Below are positions 40,283-51,519 of a DNA stretch of 64,000 nucleotides, piece after piece. Made by a program: the position numbers and the translations under genes. A model generated the notes under the pieces. The model saw only the letters and a program-made list of their open reading frames with translations, did no database searches and was not told the DNA's origin. Position 1 is the stretch's first letter. Each line of letters starts with the position of its first letter. Source of the DNA: Microthyrium microscopicum (Eukaryota); NCBI GenBank assembly GCA_010405405.1, contig MU004240.1, forward strand, positions 1,208,882 to 1,272,881, in the 5' to 3' direction.

Positions 40283-40482
40283 ATATAAATCATCTCTTCT
40301 TTTTCTTTAGTGGCCTCAATGGGAGCTATCGCCGTTGGTGAGAGTGTGGCATTCATTCTGTCGGTCCGATGGATGGGTCTTTAACAGCAAGGACGCCTTG
40401 AAGATGGCGTACCAGCTCTTCTATCTGTGATCTGGCTTGAACTTGATTGCTTTTATAGTCGCTCTTTCCGCCATCTCATCTC

Positions 40483-42467
40483 ATGGCTCCCACCGCGTCT
40501 TCTCTCCATCAGCAGAATCCTACGATGTCGACTACCCAGGATGACGCAGAGAAGTCTGCCCAGTTTCAAACCCTTCAGCAGAAATCTACAATGTCGACTA
40601 CTCCCGATGACGTCGAGAAATCGAAGCCGGACGCCCCAACGGACGCTTTCGGCGACGAACAGAATGCCGAAATCCAATACAAGACCATGAACTGGTGGCA
40701 TCTGAGCTTGCGTATGTTTCCCGTTCAAAACATATATCTCCCATCGAGTTTGATGGCTACCATAGATCGCGTTTCTGATTGACTGCTATGGTTGCCATCG
40801 ACGGCGATGGGGATTTTACGGTTTCACCACGATAAGGCAATTTAGTCTTTCAGCACGGTAATTTTCTAATTCGGAAACACAGTCATGCTGGCCGAGACAA
40901 TTTCTCTTGGTATCCTGTCTCTTCCCTGGGCAGTATCGAAAATTGGCTTAGTCCCAGGAGTTATACTTATCCTCGTTTTCGGTTTGTTGGCATGCTACAC
41001 TGGTACTGTCTATGGACAGTACAAGCTTGCCAATCCTCAAATTGTCAGCATCGCGGATGCTGGAGGTATTCTTTTCGGTCGTCTAGGCCCTCGTTGGGCT
41101 CGATTTGGACATGAGTTCTTTGGTACTGCCGCCATGCTCGTTCTCGTCTTCATCATGGCTGCTCACGTCATCGGATTTTGCCTTATGATGGACGTCCTTG
41201 CCCCTGGAAAAGCCTGCCTTATTTGGTGGGCAGTACTTGGGACCGTCATTCAGCTGATACTTACATTACCTCGCACGATGAAAGCCACGTCGTATATCGC
41301 CATACTGTCCTCACTTTCAGTCCTCATCTCGGTTATCATTGTGATGAACGATGTCACTCGCAAGAACAAAGGCGACAAGATGGTAGAAGACCCTATCAAT
41401 GGTGCCAGCGGTACTCCGTTCTCGACGGCTTTCACGGCAGTGCTCAATATCTGCATCAGTTACGCTGGACATGTCGCGTATTTCTCATTTGCTGCTGAAC
41501 TCAAAAACCCGAACCATTTTAAATACGCTTTGTGGCTACAGCTCTCGATCGCGACCTTGCTCTATACCGTAGTTGGTGTAAGTTATCCACAATCTCGTCT
41601 GCTAACCGGTAGACAATATGACTGGCGGGTTCCCATTGACTCTGATGGCTCCCACACGGAAGCTTTGCTATCGAGCTCTTTATTTCCCATTCAGGGCGTT
41701 CAGACTGGGACATTCTATCGAATGCAATGGCAAATATAGAACTTGTTGTTCAGCACCGTTCGTGGAAGCCAGCGAAACTGATCGGGGCGCGCGCCTAATT
41801 TTGTCCATCGGTTGACCTGCTTGAAAGTTATATACTAATCAAGTGATTGCAGGGCTTTATATACTACTACGTAGGAAACAACGTCCAGGCACCCGCTCTC
41901 GGTTCGGCATCTCCAAAGGTCAAAAAAATTGCTTATGGAATCGCATCCCTAACCATCATTGTTGCCGGAGTCGTGAACGGGCACGTATTCTGCAAGTACT
42001 TCTACGTACGATTTTTCAGCAAATCCATGCATTCCAAGTCATGGAAGTCGTGGGGTATCTGGGTAAGATTTCTCCTGCCTTATTTGTCCCCGTTCGACTC
42101 CTCCGACTGCTTAAATTGGTACTAATATTAGAAACTTTAGGCCTCAATCGTCACCGGAGCCTGGTTTGTAGCGTGGTTGTTGTCTGAGCTAGTCCCTTCC
42201 TTCCAACATATGCTTGCTTTAGTAAGCGCGCTCTTCAGCGCGTGGTTCACCTACGGGGCAAGTAGTTTCTTCTGGTTCGACATGAACCGCGGAAAGGTCT
42301 TTTCTTCTCCTAGCAAGATCTTCATGGCTCTTTTCAATTTCTTCATCATCGTCCTAGGAGCCATACTTTCCTTTACAGGCATCTATGCAGTAGCAGCGGA
42401 AATGAAGAACGGACTATCAGGCAAGATCTTCAGCTGCACAGTTCCTGGTTCAGGGGATTCGACATAG
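40483..42467 (+). CDS. Neutral amino acid permease (AAAP / Mtr-like), 4 exons
   Basis: Motifs IQYKTMNWW, MLAETISLGILSLP, SYAGHVAYFSFAAELKNPNHF and VPSFQHMLALVSALF. Introns 40712-40882, 41578-41852 and about 42063-42140. Confidence 0.92.
40741..40810. repeat. Dispersed 70-bp hairpin element inside permease intron 1
   Basis: Outer stem CCCATCG/CGATGGG and inner stem GATGGCTACCATAG/CTATGGTTGCCATC (13 of 14 paired). 79% identical to the SSH4 intron copy. Confidence 0.88.
41632..41730. repeat. Dispersed hairpin element, long type, inside permease intron 2
   Basis: CCATTGACTCTGATGGCTCCCA...CTATCGAATGCAATGG. Colinear with 40182-40282. Confidence 0.7.
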
Positions 42468-42559
42468 CTGAAAGTAGTCGCAACCTCCTATAGTATCTGC
42501 ACCTTGCCTATTCTTATTCTTCTTCACAATTCGCAAGTTTCCATCTACTACAGTGTCTC

Positions 42560-42726
42560 CCATCGACTGCGATGTCTACCATAGCACTTCTAAATGAGAG
42601 ATCACATTTTCGCAATTTTGACATAAACCTAAGCGAGCCATGCTTAATATTTAGTCCCATCAAGTACGTTGCCTCCCATGTGATGCCCTATTTATCGAGT
42701 GTGATGGGAGCCATCGAATGTAGAAA
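42560..42726. repeat. Hairpin-element copies downstream of the permease (left arm 42560-42590; near-full copy 42657-42726)
   Basis: CCATCGACTGCGATGTCTACCATAGCACTTC and CCATCAAGTACGTTGCCTCCCAT...TATCGAGTGTGATGGGAGCCATCGAATG. Confidence 0.7.
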
Positions 42727-43207
42727 AAAATCGCAAGATTCTGGAAGGCGATGTGGAATTGAAGCTTTTGACGATCTTGTTCAATCTTGGTCGTTTAGTA
42801 ATACGAAGTGCGCAGATTTTGTCCCGCGGTTTATTCCTTCTTGGGTCGTGATATAAATTCTCCATTTGCATATAGGCGTTTCCGCAAACTTAATTATCCG
42901 TCTCACGGAAAATACCCTAAGCTTTCGCCACGAACCGTTGGATCTACTCTACGTAAACATGCCAGCAACTATACATAGATGCGCGGCCTACAGTGTTCAA
43001 AAATCATTCCCTAAGAGTCCAGGAAAAATCGCGAAAATGGGAGAAGAACACGGATAATTCGACCTTCAACGAAGCGAGTAGAGTAAGCACCTCTATGTAG
43101 GTCTTGACTCTTGGAAATACTCAATACGTACCTTGGACATGCACTTTGCGTTAGGTGGTCATAATATTACGATCATTGGCCCTGACGGGGATCTACGGCG
43201 CGGGTAA

Positions 43208-43214
43208 TTGGTGG
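43208..43214 (-). promoter_or_regulatory. Candidate galacturonic acid-responsive element (CCNCCAA)
   Basis: TTGGTGG on + reads CCACCAA(T) on -, about 630 bp upstream of the gaaX-like ATG. The motif is short and could occur by chance. Confidence 0.3.
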
Positions 43215-43840
43215 GTAAATATATTAAATGTTAGATCCGGGCTTCATTACTGCTCTCAAGAACTTCCGAGTTTGCGCTGCGTGTTTATGATTATATTGAT
43301 ATTTCCGTAGCCGTGGAGGCCGACACTAATACAACCTGGACTGCCGATAAGTTCATTGGTTGGCTTGATTCCATTTCGAAGTATTCTAGAAAATGCCCCT
43401 TGATCTCACTGGTGTATGATCTTCGCACCTACCTCAACTTCGTCGTTACCCAGCATTCCATCCTCATCCTTTGCCAATTCTCTTTTCGAAGCTTCCAAAT
43501 CACGCCGGACGGTGAAGAGAGCTATTCTCGACCTTCAGGTTACAACGTCGTGCACTTAAGCCCAGTTCCATTTATCTTGCCTTCTCTGGATCAGCATGCG
43601 AAACCGGGGCGCCGACATCTCTCAGATCTCAGGAACCTACAACAGGACTTCGGTATCAGCCTAGTCGTAGATTTTCAGAAATCCTGAGCCTCTTGCAGAG
43701 TGAGCGACAACAAGAGTCATCTCCAAACTATCGGCCTGGGGCATTTCTTGCTGAATCTTACGCCGCGCCCGAGACCAGCCTCGGCGATATTCAAGCCAGT
43801 TGTAGGAAATAGGCCGGGACTTGCCGATGCGTCACATATC

Positions 43841-45871
43841 ATGGCTACAAGCACAGAAATCAGAACGGAGACCCGCTTGAGACCCAATGGCGCAATAAAC
43901 GCCATCCGGAAGAAAAGAAGCATAATTGAAATCCAAGCTTTACTCAATTCCGAGCAGCCCGCACTTCTTGTCGTTTATGGTTCAGAACAAGAGGAGTTTG
44001 TGAACATTGTGGGCGATGTCCTCGGACAGGCTTCCTGTCTCCTATCAGGTCGCGATGATATTCACAGACAAGACCTTTCAACCATCGTCGGAATCCCGGT
44101 TTCCGACTTTGTCCACCAGTGGAACTCTAAAGACTCAGAACGTGTTGTAGTCTACGCTCACAACGTAGACGGCCCCTATCCTCCCGACAATGCGATTACC
44201 TCTCTTTGTCACTACGAATACCTTTACAGATCATCCCCATTTGATAGACGAGATCTATCCAGATACCTTTCATTCATATTAGGCCAAATCAGTCCTCACA
44301 GAGACCTTGCCAAGAAGGAACGAACGTCATTCATATCCACAACTTTTCCAGACGTGAATGCCGCTCTACCAAACCTTGAAATCTTATCCGTTGGCGCCGA
44401 CGCGATTGAACTTCGAGTTGACCTATTAAAAGAACCCTTACCGGATGGTTCCTTTCGCAAGATACCCAGTCTAGAATACGTTGGTGAGCAAGTCATGACC
44501 TTAAGACAACGCACAGAGCTTCCAATCATTTACACCACGAGATGCACAAACGAGAATGGTCGGTTCCCAATGGATGATCCTACTTTATTTTACGACTATC
44601 TGTACAAGGCAATACAATGGGGTTGCGAATACATTGATGTGGAATTGTGGTTGCCTGCAGAAATTCGACGAGCGCTCTCGGAACGCAAAGGAGCAACGAA
44701 AATCATATCTGCCTTCCATGACTTTTCCGGAAATTTCAAATGGACAGCCCCCGAGGCACGGGAACTGTTTCGCGCTGGCGCAGTCTACGGAGATGTGGTG
44801 AAAATGATCGTAGTCGTGAGTACGATGCAAGAGAATTATGAATTGGAATATTTCAGATCCATGATTCAAGCCGAGTACTCCCACCCGCCTCTATCTGGAC
44901 TCAACATGAATCGGGCTGGTCAAATATCAAGATGCTTCAACAAGATATTTACCCCTATCACTCATCCCCTTTTACCAATGATTGCGGCCCCTGGACAACT
45001 CAGTGCAGCGGAGATCAACAGCTCACTTCACAGCATGGGAGAACTTCCAAAACTAGACTTCTATGGTATTGGAAGTGTGAGCCCTCAGTCACAGTCCACT
45101 TTCTTTGAGAAATGCTTCAATGAACTCAGCCTTCCTCATTTGGTCATTTCAATGGAGCAAGCACCATACATAGATGCTCTCATTAAGCAACCGAGATTTG
45201 GTGGTGCATACCTGAATCCTCCTGTACCAACATCCAGAGCCTCTTCAATCCATCTTTCGAGCTCATCCCGGGCCACTGGATTGGTCGATACTATAGTCGT
45301 ACGGTCCGATGGGCTTCGACAGTCTTTCATGGGAGAAAATGCAATCTGGAAGGGGATTAGAGCTACTTTAACTCGCGACTTTCTTCCATCCGCTTATAGC
45401 AGTAGAGCAGCTCTTGTTCTTGCTAGCTCCGAAAATGACGCTGCTTCAGCAGTCTTTGCTCTGAAAAGTCTGCAGATCGGGCCAATCTACACTATCGGAT
45501 TCAAGCCCAGAGGAACATTGTCTGCAGATGTAACGCCAGTAACAGCCATTGAAGACTTGAGACACTTTGAGCATCCATTTGTCATCATTAGTGCCTTACC
45601 CGGGGACAAGAGCCTTCTTGTAGGACCATTGTTGAAGCACTATAGCTCCAGTGGTCGGCAACCAGGAGTCACAGCGGGTAAAGTGTTTCTAGATCTCACA
45701 GAAGGCCCAAAAAGAGGAGATCCACTTGCAATAGCATCGAGCCTCGGATGGACGGCATACAGCATAGACGATGTGAGCGCCTGGACGACAGTAGAAACAA
45801 TTCGGCTTTTGGTTGGCCAGAATGTTCCTTATGATTTTGTACGGCTTGCGTGTGGGCGTGCTTCATTTTGA
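43841..45871 (+). CDS. gaaX: AROM-derived transcriptional repressor (degenerate shikimate kinase + type I dehydroquinase + shikimate dehydrogenase-like domains), GaaX/QutR family
   Basis: About 676-aa intronless ORF with DHQase-like motifs GADAIELRVDLL, LPIIYTTR...ENGRF, IISAFHDF and AAPGQLS, followed by a degenerate SDH-like region. It lacks the DHQ synthase and EPSP domains of AROM and lies next to a Zn2Cys6 gene. The gene symbol is inferred. Confidence 0.7.
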   Translation: MATSTEIRTETRLRPNGAINAIRKKRSIIEIQALLNSEQPALLVVYGSEQEEFVNIVGDVLGQASCLLSGRDDIHRQDLSTIVGIPVSDFVHQWNSKDSERVVVYAHNVDGPYPPDNAITSLCHYEYLYRSSPFDRRDLSRYLSFILGQISPHRDLAKKERTSFISTTFPDVNAALPNLEILSVGADAIELRVDLLKEPLPDGSFRKIPSLEYVGEQVMTLRQRTELPIIYTTRCTNENGRFPMDDPTLFYDYLYKAIQWGCEYIDVELWLPAEIRRALSERKGATKIISAFHDFSGNFKWTAPEARELFRAGAVYGDVVKMIVVVSTMQENYELEYFRSMIQAEYSHPPLSGLNMNRAGQISRCFNKIFTPITHPLLPMIAAPGQLSAAEINSSLHSMGELPKLDFYGIGSVSPQSQSTFFEKCFNELSLPHLVISMEQAPYIDALIKQPRFGGAYLNPPVPTSRASSIHLSSSSRATGLVDTIVVRSDGLRQSFMGENAIWKGIRATLTRDFLPSAYSSRAALVLASSENDAASAVFALKSLQIGPIYTIGFKPRGTLSADVTPVTAIEDLRHFEHPFVIISALPGDKSLLVGPLLKHYSSSGRQPGVTAGKVFLDLTEGPKRGDPLAIASSLGWTAYSIDDVSAWTTVETIRLLVGQNVPYDFVRLACGRASF

Positions 45872-47560
45872 GGCGGGCATGACTGGCAATATACCGACGC
45901 ACGGCGATCGTGTTGCATGATGGCTTGTCGAAGCTATTGATCTTGCATTCGAACTATATATCAGACATCTTTTTCACAGCATTCAAAGTCTAGGTTGATC
46001 GCTATGTAGAACAATGCCACCTTGTCGTACGACAGCAAGATCTAAACTACAAGCATAGCGTGCTTCGGCCACGGCGGTTTTACCAAAGTAGAAGAGGAGA
46101 GTGGCAGCGAAACGAGCCGAGCTCATTTAGGCAACTTTCCGGGTTGATTTCTATCAATTAATCTAATCCCCAAAGCCGAGTGTCTATACAGCATCTGGAC
46201 GTAATGCCTTAGGGTTCCACCTAGCTCGAGCTTTCAGGCTTTGTCCGTACATCCCATGACCAAGAATAGTTAAACTTAGATTACCACTTTGGATTTCTTT
46301 CCTATGGAAGCATAATGCGGGTTTAGCGTCGCTGTCCGAGGCCGACGTACATCTATATTGGACCTTATTGGCTGTTAACATCACTAAACTACTATTTCAA
46401 ACTTTCCAACGACAGGGCATTGATGGACGAATGGTCACAATCCGCATAGATGCTGTAGGACTTGAAACGAAAGTTATCACTTGTTGGGATATAAACCGTC
46501 CTGCATAGATTGTTGAAGAAATCCGGGTCTTCTGTCGTTCATTGAACACCAGTGGGCTCGGTAGTCCCGGCAGGTCTAACCCTTTCCACGGTGCCGGTAA
46601 ATCAACGTGGAGAACACAGAGGAAAGTCGGCCCTGAAGCCGTACCTTGACAGCATTAGGGTCAGATCTAGTTTGGAGATCCCGCATTATTACTACAGATG
46701 TTCTTCGAAGACATAGCGGAAATCAAGTCCAAGTGTGTCCAAGTGTACCTAGCTGTACAGTGGCGAATGCTTGCTGAAGCTAATCCATGAGAACATCCCC
46801 TATACACGTTGTATCTCGACCTTGTGTTCATTGGGGCACTACGCATAAAAACGTATAGCAGCCAGCGGTGGCCAGCACATCATTCATTCTGCATACTACT
46901 CTTACCCGTCACTGCTCTTGCCCCACTCCTCATAGCAGCAAAATTGTCCAACCCCCTTTCTATCCATGTTTTTCTGACAGGTGCATGCAAACGAAACAAA
47001 ATTACCCGGTAGTAAGTTGAAGCGGTCCTGGCTTGGGCTTGTTCTGTATGGTTTAGACAGGGCGATGTTCAAAGGTTGCAAGAATCAAACTTGTTGATCC
47101 ACCGCTGCATGTAGCTCGCGATCTACATTTGAAGGATCAAGGACTGCCAGCGGCTCATCGTTTAAGGATATTTCGAAGCTTCGGTGGTACATATTGGCCT
47201 GCTTGGTGTAGTAACAAGACATAGTCAGCCCAGTAAGATATCCTTTGTCGGCTGTCCGCGCGCCAGCACTGTCGCAGCGAATACTGGTAATAACCTATTT
47301 CCAATGAACAGGGCGTCCTGGTCGATCCCATATACCTCGTGCTCAAGCTCGGATGATGACCAGGGAGTCGCGAGTATCCGAAGTCCCTGCATAGTCTAAC
47401 TTGTTGGCCCATGTTTACTGGAAGGCCAGCTTAATGTCGCTGCTTGGCCATCTCTAAACATATCCAACAGTCCGACATCAGTCTCTGTCTACACACCCGA
47501 ATAATACTTCTCATTTGCCGTGGAAACGAAGTGCCATGCCCACAAGGGCTGCCAGAACCA

Positions 47561-50344
47561 ATGTTGATGATGGCCTCAATTCCCCCGACTCGGCCACAAA
47601 TCGGTATCGATCGCCTAACCCCTCGCAGAGTGGCCACTGAGCCGAGGGAACTGATGAATTGTAAAAGCTGTCGCAAGCGCAAGGTATGACTCTGCGACTT
47701 TCGCTCAGAGTTCAATAGCTTACAAATAATAGATCAAGTGCAATCGTCTTCGACCGTCTTGTGAGGCTTGCCAAGTCTTCGCTGTTCCTTGTATATACGG
47801 TATGTTCGATTGTAGAGTCTCAGATGAAAATTTGGAAGCTGAACCGGACATAGATGCAGTTCCAAAGAAACGCGGGCCCAAAACAGACGTACTTGAAGCA
47901 TTATTGAAAAGAATAGATGGGCTAGAGAAACAATTAAAACCAGAAGATAGGAAAACAGCCAGTTCGAGAGCAGATGCCTCGAGACTTGCTATCCAGACCT
48001 CAGGGGATATTTCATCAAACGGACAATCTTCTACCTTAAACACTCCAGTCTCTGACGCTGTATCTGACATAACAACTCCAACATCAGCATCAACAATTAC
48101 CCACTCTATTCCTCCCATCAATCGATTACGGTATGACTATCATTGCATATTTATGGCGTCTACTAACAAACAGCAGACAAATAAAGGAAACACCAGCTGA
48201 TGGAATTAACGAATTAAACGAACATCTCATAAACTCTTACTTTTCACGAATTCACGGAAAGCCATTTTACATCTGTGATGAAGCTTGCTTTCGACGAAAA
48301 TGGCGAAACGGCTCTATCGATGCCCATCAACTTCTTGCACTTTACGCATTGGGCTCTCGGTAAGTGGTTCTTTGGTTTGCGTTGATCGATGCTTATGTTT
48401 ATGCAGAACCTCGAACCTTTTTGCGGATCATGATCAAGCTGTGACCGCCAGCGAGCATTATGCTCAGCAGGCTAGGCAGTCACTTGACATTGATGAGCCA
48501 CAAATGTCAAGTTTAGTCACACTCTTGTTGCTCTCTCAGCACGCTTTTCAATCTGGTCGCGGAAAGAAAGCATACATGTATCTCTGTAAGTTTGGAACAT
48601 GTAGTTTTCATGCTCGTCTAACAAATAAAAGCTACCGCAATCACTATGGCATACGCATTGAACCTACATCGGGAATTACCCGGACACATTCAAATTTCCA
48701 CCAAGGAGCGGGACACACGACGTCGAGCGTTCTGGACCTGCTACCTCCTAGACCGATTTTATGCTTGCGGGTCAAAACGACCGTGCCTAATACCAGACGA
48801 GTGTATCATTCTTCGACTACCATGCGTTACCGGTGTTCACGGCATGCTGACTGAAAGTAATTATTTCTCTGGAGCTTCTAGTTTGCAGCATATGGGAGGT
48901 CTGAAATCCAACCAAGATGCCGTAGGAATGTTTATCGAAGCAGTTCGAATTCTTGGACTCACAAATCGCTACCTGGCGGCGGGTGGTCCAAAGGCAGACT
49001 CCCATTTTCCCTGGCATGCGATGTCTATGCTTTCGAAAATTCGACAGGAACTAGATGTTTGGGCTACTGAAACGCGAGAAATATTCCAGTCACTGGAACT
49101 TCTATTTGGACACAGCGATAGCACAGTTCTGGTGCTGAGCAAACTCATCTACCATTTGATCCACTGTCTGATATATCGGCCTTTCTTGCCAGTGGACCTT
49201 TTCGAACTGTCGGGAACTTCACAAAACCAATCTTGGAGGATCGAGGCTACAAATATGTGCTTTCTTCACGCGAACGCCATCGCTGAATTGGTGGAATACT
49301 GGAAGAGTCGAAGCAACGTCAGAGAGTGGCCAGCCTTTGTGGGCTATTGTATCTGCACAGCAGGAACAATTCACGTACATGGATCATTCTACAGAGGCGG
49401 TGAAGGCCAAGTGTTTTCACAGAGTCAGGAATTCTTCTCTCTGGAGTTACGGCAACTTGCAGATTTGCGGTTCATTTACACGGGGGCTCAGCATCAACTA
49501 GATACACTACAGTCTATCTATGTTGCACACTCCGAATTGGCACGGTCTTTCGCCTCGAATGCTGCTAGGGTCCCTCCCGTTGTCAATTATGATGACTTCT
49601 TTGATCGATATCAAGGACAAGTCTTCGATGGTGCGTTTTTGGTGCTGGCCAATATTACTTTGGGCTCAGAGATTAGTGTGTAGGTAGAACCTCATCATAA
49701 TATGTAAATATGAGCTGACCAGTCACAGGATACAATCTCGACATGCAAGCCAGGACACTCAGAACGGTTATTATGCCTCGAGTTATACCAAACCTCCAAT
49801 GTATCCGCCATATGATGGCGTTGAGGATTCGACTATAACACTGGCATCGAGTCACGGCGACAGACCACGAAAACGTCGAGCCACTAATCAAGGTGTCTTC
49901 CCTAAGGTCAATGGGGACCATTTACGAAATCACAACCAATCTCCAATATCACCTGGCCCGGCGCCAGCAACAGATCCACTTCCTCAGCAAGCTTTTCCAA
50001 ACCATCATGAGGGCAGCGAGCCGAGTGCAAACCACTATAGCTTCACCCCAGGATTGAGCTACGCTACTAGTCCCACAAGCGGATCTGAACCTCAAAGTAC
50101 ATTCGATCCCATGTTCACAATGCCCACACACTTCGACGCAAGTCCATCAGCGACGCCAAAGTTGCAACCCCCTGAAAGCAAAATCTTAACATCAGATTTA
50201 ACTCCAGCTATATCAATGGCTTCTGCAGTGTCCGAAGCTGATGGCGAAAATGATCCGTTCTTGAGCCTTTTGGAACAATTGGCCGAGAATGAGCATAGTA
50301 GAGGTGGCCCAAGCGAACTCGATTTCTTGCTATCGTCCACCTAA
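47561..50344 (+). CDS. gaaR: Zn2Cys6 transcription factor with fungal-specific middle domain (GaaR/PDR-2-like), multi-exon
   Basis: Zn cluster [28 protein letters not shown], then [38 protein letters not shown] and an acidic C-terminus [14 protein letters not shown]. The TF class is secure; the symbol is inferred from the neighbouring gene and recalled similarity. Confidence 0.7.
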
Positions 50345-51519
50345 CCTAAAGAAAGAGTAATAACAGAATTGAAGAAATACCAAAACTCTGATTGGATGAG
50401 CAGATGCAGATACATTCTCTTTATTCGATTCTTCTCAGTTATTCGGGCTGAGAGTGGTCCTTTAAGATGTGAAACATAAGCATAGTTGAGCGAGACCGAG
50501 ATTTGATGAAGACGACTAACTCAAAAATACCTTGAAACAGTGCTTTCAAAATTAATGTTGCATATTCATGTTACATGGAACGAAAGCAAGAAAGTCTTGG
50601 GATAAATGTATAATAGTACAGTTCTCACATGGCAATGAATAGCGTCAAAAACGCTTCAAAGAACTGACATGCTTTTGGGAATTGTTATGAAAGGCTCATG
50701 TACGTCCGCTTTCGACACGGAAGACTGGATCCAACCAAGCATCTGGAGGCCCTGCACATTGATGAAAGCCCTGAGCAACTGAAGTATGGCTACTAAGCTT
50801 TCAATGTGCGTATGGCCTTGATCCCACCCTCTTCGGGGGTGCCGACGTCCTTCATGTTGCGCTTATCAGTGTGCCAATTGATTGATAGCTTTTGGTTCTC
50901 TTACGATTATCACATGTGGCCAATAACCACTTTCGTAATAGAATGCCCAAATGTTTACAATATAAACCCGATTGCGTGAAAGCTAATGGATTATGAAGTG
51001 TAGCTTGAGATCAAACAGCTGACTGGGAGTGATCTTGCAACGAAAGACATGGCGTAAGTACTACCTAGTAGCTACCTACCTACTCATAGAGGTTGTTTTA
51101 ATGGTAAATCTTATCATTTGTAAGATACAAGTACTACCTAGGTAGGTAGTGGTGACCTAGACGAGAGTTTCTACACTTACTTCCAACATTCCTAATATCT
51201 AGAGGTCCTTGTATCGTTAACAGAGATGAGTAAAGTGAGATGATAAGATTCGAACTGTCGAGAATGCTTTAGCATCGCGCCCAACCTCATCTGATTGCTG
51301 TAGAGTCTATAAAAGCGCACGCAGTAGTGACATGTATCCTGAAAGCATGGGTAGTATATTTTGAGAGTACCAGACAGTAGGAAACTCATTTTCGAATACC
51401 ATAAGCATTAATTAACAATACTGTTCCCATTTCGGGATCAAATAGTTCTATTCGAAAAACTTCGTGGGAGCTACTTGCAGTAGTGATTTATATACAATTT
51501 ATGCGAAAATGGTTGCAAA

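Noticed and set aside
33437..42726. CRISPR-like or riboswitch interpretation of the repeated hairpins
   Set aside because: This is a eukaryotic locus, the copies are irregularly spaced and divergent, there are no cas genes, and there is no TPP aptamer consensus or thiamine gene.
43841..45871. Calling this gene a functional AROM (aro1) enzyme
   Set aside because: It lacks the DHQ synthase and EPSP synthase domains, and the kinase and dehydrogenase regions look degenerate.
51055..51155. CTAC/GTAG-rich short palindromes (also near 12335-12352)
   Set aside because: Low-complexity microsatellite-like sequence; too short to call an element.
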